From: a virus
Taxonomy: Duplodnaviria; Caudoviricetes
Length of the DNA stretch: 40,568 nt
Virus record (IMG/VR): IMGVR_UViG_3300017766_002086
Coordinates: 1-40,568 of that record
Reading direction: 5' to 3' (one strand)
Under the pieces are notes generated by a model. That model was not told the DNA's origin. It was given only the letters and a program-made list of their open reading frames with translations, and did not search any database. Numbering within the stretch: the first letter of the stretch is position 1; each line of letters opens with the position of its first letter. Of the stretch, positions 16,111 through 23,691 are shown piece by piece. A program made the position numbers and the translations under genes.

Positions 16111-16412
16111 GCGAGGGCCTCAAGACCGGGGGGCGTCCGCTAGCCATCTTCATCCCTGATGAACTGGAAGCCCTCCGGCCTGACCTGCAGCGGTATTGGG
16201 ACGCCATGGTCTACAAGCTGCGGCGGAACAAGCACAAGGGCCGGTGGGCCGACCTTGACCTAGCCGACACCATGGCCAAGCTGGACGGCGAAATCGTCGA
16301 AATGCGGGATGCGGTCGGGGAGGGGTCGTCCATGGAAATCCTGATGGAGGCGGCAGACGTTGGCAACTTTGCCATGATCGCCGCGAATGTCGCACTGGAG
16401 GCGAAAGAGTAG
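16107..16412 (+). CDS. mazZ: MazG-like NTP pyrophosphohydrolase (MazZ candidate), 101 aa
   Basis: EIVE...EAADVGNFAM acidic motif of all-alpha NTP-PPases; GTGA-coupled to purZ and adjacent to datZ. Confidence 0.65.
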   Translation: MSEGLKTGGRPLAIFIPDELEALRPDLQRYWDAMVYKLRRNKHKGRWADLDLADTMAKLDGEIVEMRDAVGEGSSMEILMEAADVGNFAMIAANVALEAKE

Positions 16413-16413
16413 C

Positions 16414-16974
16414 ATGTTCAATCACTATCTGCGCGGCCTCGCCACCGTTCCCCGGTGGAACGTCGTCCCCGTCATCCGCCGCCAGTATGTTGCCGAGCAT
16501 ACCTTCTTCGTCTGCCAGTATGTCAGCGAACTGCTGGACCATCCCTTCTACAAGAACGCGCATCCCGACTGGAAACTGGCTGCGCTGCGCTACGCCCTCG
16601 TTCACGACGCGGAAGAAGCCCGCATGTCCGATATCCCCGGACCGGTGAAGCGCATGATCAAGGACCCGGCGAAGCTGGAAGAGGTCGAGGGGCGGGTGCT
16701 GGCGTCCATGGGGTTGAATGCCTACAGCGACGCCAAGATCAAGCAGCTGGTCAAGGCAGCCGACACCATCGATGAATACTTCTATCTGTGCAGCGAAGCG
16801 CAGCTGGGGTCGAAGATCGTGAAGGTCCTGATCAAACAGGTCGAAGAGCGGATGACCGAAGCCCTGACGCGCGCCGGGGTCGGGGACGTCTTGTCGAAGG
16901 TGCTGGCGCAAGCCCACAAACTTGACGACGGCCTCTACACGTTGTCTAATGACGACGACCTCAAGAGGGCCTGA
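16414..16974 (+). CDS. datZ: HD-domain dATP triphosphohydrolase DatZ (YfbR-like), 186 aa
   Basis: RW..VAEH, HDAEE..SDIPGPVK, KAAD motifs; next to purZ. Confidence 0.85.
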   Translation: MFNHYLRGLATVPRWNVVPVIRRQYVAEHTFFVCQYVSELLDHPFYKNAHPDWKLAALRYALVHDAEEARMSDIPGPVKRMIKDPAKLEEVEGRVLASMGLNAYSDAKIKQLVKAADTIDEYFYLCSEAQLGSKIVKVLIKQVEERMTEALTRAGVGDVLSKVLAQAHKLDDGLYTLSNDDDLKRA

Positions 16975-18665
16975 TGGACGACGACATTCCTGAATACATG
17001 AAGGGACGCGGCACGAAGCTGGCCGGGTTCGACAAGGTGGACACGGGCGCGGTCAAGCCGTGGCACGTCGAAAAGCCTACCCTGTCGGTGCATAGCCTTC
17101 CAGTCGTCGTGCGGCCCCCTATGGGCCGACCGCGCGGGGCGCGCGAGCCTGACTGGCTTCTACGCGGGGACCCCCGAGAGGTCCAGCTTGAGGCCCTGCG
17201 GCGCTCCGTCATGGGTTACGCGCTTCGGGACCACAAGGACGACGAAGAGCGATACGTCGAAATCCGCAACGGCCCGGCGCGGGGATGGGGCCACTTCATG
17301 GAAATGCGGCTGGGCAAGACCCCGACCGCCCTGAACGAGTTTCTGCTGCTCCGCCGGGACTACGGCCTAAAACGCATGATCATGCTGGCCCCCAACGCGT
17401 TCAAGCGGACGTGGATATCGGAGGCCGACGCCTTCGGGTTCGACATACCGGACATGATGGCGTTCGACAGCGGCAAGATCAAGGCCCTGCGTCACTTGAT
17501 CGCGCGAACCAAGGGCCAATACTTCCTAGCGCTCAACTACGAGGCCCTCCGGTCGGAGGAGGTGTTGAAGCTTCTGGAGGAACAGTGCGACAGCGAAACC
17601 TACATCGGGGCCGACGAAAGCATCACCATCAAGGGCCACGGCACGGGGCTAACTGACGCCGCGCTCAAGCTGGCGAAGCGCTGCCGGGCGCGCCGCCCGA
17701 TGACCGGCAAGCCCATCACCCAAGGCCCCCACGACGCTTACACCCAGCTGCGGTTCGCGGGGCACCTCGACGGCGAACTCTACATCAACTTCAAGTCGAC
17801 CTACTGCCAGATGGGCGGGTTCCAGGGTAAGACCATCGTGGGGGTGAAGCGCCCCGAGAAGCTGTCGGAAATCATCCACTCCGCCGCCTTCGTCGCGCGC
17901 AAAACTCAATGGATGACAACCCCCGGCAAGGACTACGGGGAACGGTTCCTCCAACTGCTGCCCGAACAACAGGCGCTCTACGACAAGATGGAGAAGGACT
18001 TCATCATCGAGGTCCAAGACGGCACCATCGTCAGCGCCGACCAAATCGTGACCAAGCTGATCAAGCTGCAGCAGATCACGTCGGGCTTCGTCTACGATGA
18101 ACTGCGTAACGTGCACTGGATTGTGCCGACCGCGAAGAACCCACTGGTGCTGGCCATCAAGAAGATGATGGAGGAGGAGTTGGAGGGCAAGCTGCTGCTG
18201 GTTTGCCACTACCAGCCGACCATGGACCTGTTCCAGAAGGTGATGGAAGAGGCCGGGTATCAGCCCGCCGTCATCCGGGGGCAGGAATGGCACCGCAAGC
18301 AGAAGGTGACGGTTGAGCAGGAGAAGGACCGGTTCAACAACGACCCCGGCTGCCGCGTGTTGATCGGGCAGGAGATATCCTTGCGTTACGGGCATACCCT
18401 TATGGGCACCCCCTCGGACCCCTGCTACACGACCATCTTCGCGGAGAACAACTACTCCCTGAACGACCGGTCACAGTGCGAAGAGCGGAACCAAGGCTCT
18501 GGCCAGCAATACCCGATCGGCATCCTGGACTTCTTCGCGTCCCCACAGGCGCAGAAGATTGTCCGCGCCATCCAGGCGAAGGAGGACGTCAGCGCCCTTA
18601 TTATGGGGTATGCTAGGTCCGAGGGGGTGCTGCCTACCGGACCCGTAGAGGACGACCGCCACTAG
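16974..18665 (+). CDS. SNF2-family (SF2) helicase, 563 aa
   Basis: MEMRLGKT, NYEAL, ADES, MTGKP, KLQQITSGF, SQCEER. Confidence 0.85.
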   Translation: MDDDIPEYMKGRGTKLAGFDKVDTGAVKPWHVEKPTLSVHSLPVVVRPPMGRPRGAREPDWLLRGDPREVQLEALRRSVMGYALRDHKDDEERYVEIRNGPARGWGHFMEMRLGKTPTALNEFLLLRRDYGLKRMIMLAPNAFKRTWISEADAFGFDIPDMMAFDSGKIKALRHLIARTKGQYFLALNYEALRSEEVLKLLEEQCDSETYIGADESITIKGHGTGLTDAALKLAKRCRARRPMTGKPITQGPHDAYTQLRFAGHLDGELYINFKSTYCQMGGFQGKTIVGVKRPEKLSEIIHSAAFVARKTQWMTTPGKDYGERFLQLLPEQQALYDKMEKDFIIEVQDGTIVSADQIVTKLIKLQQITSGFVYDELRNVHWIVPTAKNPLVLAIKKMMEEELEGKLLLVCHYQPTMDLFQKVMEEAGYQPAVIRGQEWHRKQKVTVEQEKDRFNNDPGCRVLIGQEISLRYGHTLMGTPSDPCYTTIFAENNYSLNDRSQCEERNQGSGQQYPIGILDFFASPQAQKIVRAIQAKEDVSALIMGYARSEGVLPTGPVEDDRH

Positions 18666-18734
18666 GGGGCCGCTCGGAGGGGGTCGGGACGGGCGCTGCG
18701 GGGGGCCGGGCTATACCAGCAGCCCCCCACCTGC

Positions 18735-19286
18735 CTAGGGGCGCTCCGTGGCCCGCTCCGGGGCCTCACCGGCCCATAGCGCGGATTGGGTCCGATACCA
18801 ATCCTGCCAGCCGATTACTTGTTCCCGCCAGACGTGGCAGGTTCCGTAGTTGTCGACGACCCCACCGATTGCGGTAGAGGGAGCAACGTCGCTGGGGGAA
18901 CCATCAGATTGCCCGGCGCGGAGGGGAACTGGCGGGGTGCCAGTGGCTGCGGCGTCGTGCAAGCGCACAAAGCCAACAGGCAGATTGCCATAGCTGGCGT
19001 CAGTTTCAGGCGTGACATAGACCGGAACCTCCCGGATAAGCGTCCGGGTGCGCCATTGCACCCGGTCCACGGCGACCGCGACCGCTTCCCCGGTCGCTTG
19101 GGTGGCGTCGTCGGACGCTTGCTCGCGCCTGATCTGCCGGTTGGCTTCCTTGACCTGCTCGGCCAGCCGGTCGCGTTCCTTGGCCTTCCACCACGTATTC
19201 GTGGCGTAGGACCCGGCGGAAGCGCCGACGGCCAGACAGATCACGGCGTTGGCGACGTGCATTCGCCATCCGACGAACCACCTCAT
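18735..19286 (-). CDS. Rz: i-spanin (Rz-like), 183 aa
   Basis: N-terminal TM, coiled coil, REVPVYV, GFVRLHDAAA, DNYGTC; ATGA-coupled to endolysin. Confidence 0.7.
   Translation of the reverse strand: MRWFVGWRMHVANAVICLAVGASAGSYATNTWWKAKERDRLAEQVKEANRQIRREQASDDATQATGEAVAVAVDRVQWRTRTLIREVPVYVTPETDASYGNLPVGFVRLHDAAATGTPPVPLRAGQSDGSPSDVAPSTAIGGVVDNYGTCHVWREQVIGWQDWYRTQSALWAGEAPERATERP
18815..19018 (-). CDS. Rz1: o-spanin lipoprotein (Rz1-like) fully embedded in Rz
   Basis: Lipobox LCAC after a hydrophobic signal; Pro-rich mature part; alternative frame inside Rz. Confidence 0.7.
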   Translation of the reverse strand: MSRLKLTPAMAICLLALCACTTPQPLAPRQFPSAPGNLMVPPATLLPLPQSVGSSTTTEPATSGGNK

Positions 19287-20158
19287 GCCAGTTTCTCCTG
19301 CATCCGCTGGTAGAAGGTCCACCCGAGCAGGGCGGCACCGGCCAGCATCATCAGGACGAAGATCACCAGCGCCGCGCGCCCGATGAAGGTTTCGCCGATA
19401 TGGGGCTGAACCTGCTGCGCCGCCGAAATCACGGTTTGTCCGGTAACTCCGGTGGCACCCACAATAGCCCCAATGCCCGGCTTGGTTTTGGTGACAGCCA
19501 CGGAACCTTCCGTGCCCTTGCCGCTTTCCTCGCCTTCCTTCGCTCCAATTGCGCTCGGAAGCGCGCTCTTCGGGATGGGGAACTGGAGGTCTTGGGTGGC
19601 CATTTGGACGGCATAGTCGATCACTCCATGGTCGCTGGCTTGCGTCCCATCGAAGTCTCCGATGACCCGGCGCTTCCAGCCGCCGCCGAACGTCCCCCAC
19701 GTCCGAAGAGAACGCAGGAACCGCATCCTGCGATTGCAGTAGTCGGTGATCAGCTTCACCTCGTCGGCGTCCGCCGCCTTGCGGACCGCCTCGATGGTTT
19801 CCTGACCGACTTGTCCGTCGACGCCCACGCCCAACAGGCGCTGCAGGTCCTTGACCGCGCGGTTGGGGCCGCTGTTCACGCCGTAGTCGAACACCGCGTA
19901 GTCCACCCCGGCGGGCAGGTCGTCGGCGTTCACCATGTCCCAATACTGGCGGCGGTAGATATCGCGGATTTCGGCCCGCGTGATTTCCCTTACGGAGCGC
20001 GGCTCCACCCCTCGGTTGCGGCGATAGGAATCGTAGACCGCTTGGGTCACGCCCTTGTTCGTCGCCCCGCCGGGGTCCTTCGGGTGATTGACATAGCCGC
20101 CTTCGTGCGCGAGGACGAGGGGGAGGCAGCCCGCAAAGCGGTCCGTAGGGTTGGTCAT
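19283..20158 (-). CDS. Endolysin, glycoside hydrolase family 108 with PG-binding domain and hydrophobic C-terminal extension, 291 aa
   Basis: HEGGYVNHPKDPGGATNKGVT, FDYGVNSGP, LQRLLGVGVDGQVG, FGGGWKRRV. Confidence 0.9.
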   Translation of the reverse strand: MTNPTDRFAGCLPLVLAHEGGYVNHPKDPGGATNKGVTQAVYDSYRRNRGVEPRSVREITRAEIRDIYRRQYWDMVNADDLPAGVDYAVFDYGVNSGPNRAVKDLQRLLGVGVDGQVGQETIEAVRKAADADEVKLITDYCNRRMRFLRSLRTWGTFGGGWKRRVIGDFDGTQASDHGVIDYAVQMATQDLQFPIPKSALPSAIGAKEGEESGKGTEGSVAVTKTKPGIGAIVGATGVTGQTVISAAQQVQPHIGETFIGRAALVIFVLMMLAGAALLGWTFYQRMQEKLA

Positions 20159-20565
20159 GACGCGGTTCCTTTCAGCGCGATTTCCAGCTTATCAGCGATA
20201 AGCCACCAGATGACGGCCACCATGAAGGTCATGGCAGTCACGAAGCCCCCGCCCCACGCAATCCACGTCTTGTATTTGGAGAGCAGGGAGGTCTGGCTTT
20301 CTTCGACCCGGCGCATCCGGCCCAACAGCCCGACGCCCTTGAAGCCGCCGTCGCCGTCCTCCTCTTCGGAGCCAACCAACAGCAGGATGGCGTCCATCTT
20401 GCCTTCGACCCTCTGCAGGGTCATTTGGTTCAGACCTTGGTTCTTGATTACGCCTTGAATATCCTTCTCAAGCGAATCCATACGCGCCACCACACTAGGA
20501 GAAATAGGCCGCGCCCTACTGTGGCGAGGCTTCTTAGGTGAGGCTACCATGTCAGGGCTTCCCAT
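20155..20565 (-). CDS. Putative holin or membrane protein, ~136 aa
   Basis: Coiled coil plus one C-terminal TM helix; directly upstream of endolysin; start uncertain (20565 or 20550). Confidence 0.55.
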   Translation of the reverse strand: MGSPDMVASPKKPRHSRARPISPSVVARMDSLEKDIQGVIKNQGLNQMTLQRVEGKMDAILLLVGSEEEDGDGGFKGVGLLGRMRRVEESQTSLLSKYKTWIAWGGGFVTAMTFMVAVIWWLIADKLEIALKGTAS

Positions 20566-20566
20566 G

Positions 20567-21601
20567 TCAATGCCCCCACGCTTCCCAATAGAACCCGTCA
20601 ATCTCCTCGTCGGCGGGTCCCGAAACATAGACCGTCAGGTCGGTCAGGTCGAACGCGTTGACGGCGACGGACATATCCGCCGTGATTGCCGGGGTGCCGT
20701 CCATCCAAGCCGTGGCCCCGGCCCCGAGGCAAGCCGTGGGGAACGGGATGGGGAACGTGACCTCCTGCGTGGTGTCCCCCAGCTTCACGCCGGTATACTT
20801 GCCCCACTGGCGGATATAGCCGTTCGGCAGCTGGAAGTAGCCGTTCACGGACAGGTCGGTCGCCGGGGTCGGGTTGGGGTCCAGCACCCATTCGTTGGCG
20901 ACAACCTGCGTCACGCGCCCCTTGTAGTAGGGGGGCAGTTCCTTATCTTCGTCGACGCTGCTGTCGGCCCCGCGCAGTTCCACGTCATCATCGCGGACAA
21001 GGAAGACCTCGCCGGTGTTGGAGTTGTGGACGTCGAACCAGTGGCCGACCGGGAAAATGTCCTTGGTGATCGTCCACGTCGGGGTGGAGTTGTCGTCCTT
21101 GACGAGCAGCCGCCCGCTGTCCAAGAAGTCGATGGAGTAGGCGGCATTCTTGATCGTGACCGGCGTTCCCCGGAACCCGATATCGTCGATGTTCAGTTCG
21201 GTCGGGACGAAGTTCAACCGGGCGTTGGCAGTGAAGACCGCGTTGGCCGGGTCGACCGGGGTATAGCCCAGCTTTTCCTCGATTGCGCCGTCGGCGATGT
21301 TCGCGGCGAACACGGTGAACAGTTCGTTCACGGGGTCGATATCGAGGAGGGGGAGGCCCAAGTCCCCGTCGGCTGCAACCACCTTCATCCGCAGCACTTC
21401 CGTGCCGTCGAAGTAGATGGCCGGGAAGATGCCCGCGTCGTCCGCAACCAGCGGGACGGTGTGTTCGTCCGTCAGGTCGCTGTCCGCGAACACCGCAACC
21501 GGGTCGGTCGTGCCGGTGAGGTAGAAATAGGCCTCCGCGAACGCCATGGCCAAGCCGTTGGCATCCGACAGTTGCATATAGGGTTGGAAAAGGAGGCTCA
21601 T
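20567..21601 (-). CDS. Tail fibre/spike protein, 344 aa
   Basis: N-terminal podovirus attachment motif (DANG...YFYLTGTT..PLVADDAG); C-terminal NGYFQLPNGYIRQWG..VTFPIPFPTAC fibre-tip motif. Confidence 0.75.
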   Translation of the reverse strand: MSLLFQPYMQLSDANGLAMAFAEAYFYLTGTTDPVAVFADSDLTDEHTVPLVADDAGIFPAIYFDGTEVLRMKVVAADGDLGLPLLDIDPVNELFTVFAANIADGAIEEKLGYTPVDPANAVFTANARLNFVPTELNIDDIGFRGTPVTIKNAAYSIDFLDSGRLLVKDDNSTPTWTITKDIFPVGHWFDVHNSNTGEVFLVRDDDVELRGADSSVDEDKELPPYYKGRVTQVVANEWVLDPNPTPATDLSVNGYFQLPNGYIRQWGKYTGVKLGDTTQEVTFPIPFPTACLGAGATAWMDGTPAITADMSVAVNAFDLTDLTVYVSGPADEEIDGFYWEAWGH

Positions 21602-23691
21602 GGCTGGGGTCCGTAAACGGGGGCCGGTGCGGCTCCCCCCTGTTGCTCAAGCATCATCTGCTGGATGCGCTCGCGGCGTTCCGAGAGCATCGTGGCTTCA
21701 TTGGCGGCGGCGTCCATCTCGTTGTTCTGCACCGCCCCGCCAACAGCGGTGGCTATGCCGAGGCCGGGCGCGATGTTGTCCAGCTGGCGGCGGATGGCTC
21801 CGGCGAATTCCGGGCGGTTCATCAGCGCCCCGGTGAACAGGCGGTTGCCGGTCCGGGTGTAGATCAACGCGCCGCCGGTCAACGCGCCAGCGGCCCACGG
21901 GTTGACGGCAATGATGGGCAGCTTCGAGGACAGGGCGGCGGCGATGCCGACCCCGACCATGCCCCGGCTCGTCGTTCCGCTGTCGTTGACTTGGCGGCGC
22001 ATCAACTCCGAGGCGTCCTCCGACAGGTCCTGGAACAGCGCGTCCCCACGGGCGGAAGCGCGGCGGCGCATGGAGCCGTCCGCTGCTGCGGCGGCGGCGT
22101 CCAGCTGCGCCGGGGAAAAGCGCCCGCGAGCGCCCGGCTGCGCCCGGTTGGCCGCGTCCTCCAGAACCGTCAGTTGACGGTAGGCGTCGTTGATGCCTTG
22201 AAGCCGTTCAGCGTGTGCCGGGTTACGGCGAACGAGCATATCGCGCAGTTCAGCCTGCAATTCACGCACGGCAGAAGCGTAGCGCCGATCATGGGGGCTT
22301 GCAGAAGCGGTAAAGTCCCTGATTTCCCGGCTAAGAATGCTTTCAAGTTCCTTGAAGCTGTCTCCAGTAATCCGGCCATTCGCGGGTCCCACGGCTGCGT
22401 TGAAACGGGGGGCAACCTCGTTCGTGATCAGGGCGTCCCATTGAGCCACCTGATCGGGGGCCATGTTTTGGGCGTTCTGATCGAGGCTACGGAACCCCGT
22501 CATGAAGTCTTGGTCCAGCCGAACATCCAGCTGGGGGAGCAGTTCATCATAGGCATCGCCAACCGCGCGTTGCGTGTAGGCGATAGCGTTGTGGGTCGAC
22601 CCAATGTCGCGGGGCAGCTGAACGCCGATAGCGTCGAGAGGCCGTTGGATGGCCACCCGGTTAAGGCTTTCCTCCGCCCGGCGTTGGGCCGAACCAGTCA
22701 GGTCCCCGATGATGGGGAACCCGGTAGTGGCATCTTCAACGGCATGGGCGCGGCCCCCGGCCAGCTGGCCCGGCGACAGTTCCACACCTTGCTCGTGAAG
22801 GCGGCGGGCGGCGGGGTTGATGTTCGGCGCAATCGCCGTGCCAACGCCCCGGACGGTCGCGTCAACGACACCCCCGGTGACGCCGCCAAGGACGGTATCT
22901 CCGATCAGGCCCCGCGCGTCGGTCGCGTTCGACTGCAGCGCGCCTTCGGCAGCGCCCCCAAGCCACGGGTTACGGGTGGCCAGAACGAGCGGGGCCGTGG
23001 CGGCGATGCCCCCGGCAACCTGCCCCCCGCGCCCCGGACGCGCCCCGGCTTGGATGGACAGGGCTTCCAGTTCGTCGAAACCCTCCTGCGTGGCATAGGG
23101 GGTCACTTCCCGACGCCACTCGTGGAAATTCTCGCCCGCGTCTTCCGCGCCCACGAAGTCGCCAACGGCGTCGATGCCGTTCTCCAGCCAGTTCATGGTG
23201 TTGATGGCGGGCCGGGCCGCGCCAACATAGAGGCCGTAGGTGTCGTCGGCCTTCCGTTGCATCCGACCTTCGGGGTCGATGAAGGTGACGCCCTCTGCGA
23301 TCAGTTCCTGAACCGCCTTGTCGGAGATACCGTTGGGCAGGACGTAGGGGTTCTGGTCGGTGCCAACCGGCATGTTGGGGTTGATGGTGCCGTCCTGAAC
23401 GCCGGTATACCACGCAAGGTCCTGCGGGCGGTTCAGGTCCAAACCGCCGCTGTCATCGATTTCGATGTTGCCCCGGTAGTCCCGGCCCAGACCGGCTTCC
23501 GGGTCCCAGCTGCCGTCGTGTTCCGGCGGGATGGCGGGCGTCCGGGGGTTAGGGGCGGACGGCCCTTCCTCGGCCACGGGGTCTTGCGCCGGATACGCCT
23601 TCGCCATCGCGGCCTGAATGGTCGCGTCGTCCGTGCCCGACGGGAATTCGTAGATCGTGCCGTCAGGGCCTTCGACTTCAATCGGGTCCAT
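21598..23691 (-). CDS. Internal virion/DNA ejection protein (gp16-like position), 697 aa
   Basis: N-terminal EGPDG..EFP..T motif; Gly/Ala-rich hydrophobic segments; third gene of the ejection cluster. Confidence 0.65.
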   Translation of the reverse strand: MDPIEVEGPDGTIYEFPSGTDDATIQAAMAKAYPAQDPVAEEGPSAPNPRTPAIPPEHDGSWDPEAGLGRDYRGNIEIDDSGGLDLNRPQDLAWYTGVQDGTINPNMPVGTDQNPYVLPNGISDKAVQELIAEGVTFIDPEGRMQRKADDTYGLYVGAARPAINTMNWLENGIDAVGDFVGAEDAGENFHEWRREVTPYATQEGFDELEALSIQAGARPGRGGQVAGGIAATAPLVLATRNPWLGGAAEGALQSNATDARGLIGDTVLGGVTGGVVDATVRGVGTAIAPNINPAARRLHEQGVELSPGQLAGGRAHAVEDATTGFPIIGDLTGSAQRRAEESLNRVAIQRPLDAIGVQLPRDIGSTHNAIAYTQRAVGDAYDELLPQLDVRLDQDFMTGFRSLDQNAQNMAPDQVAQWDALITNEVAPRFNAAVGPANGRITGDSFKELESILSREIRDFTASASPHDRRYASAVRELQAELRDMLVRRNPAHAERLQGINDAYRQLTVLEDAANRAQPGARGRFSPAQLDAAAAAADGSMRRRASARGDALFQDLSEDASELMRRQVNDSGTTSRGMVGVGIAAALSSKLPIIAVNPWAAGALTGGALIYTRTGNRLFTGALMNRPEFAGAIRRQLDNIAPGLGIATAVGGAVQNNEMDAAANEATMLSERRERIQQMMLEQQGGAAPAPVYGPQP

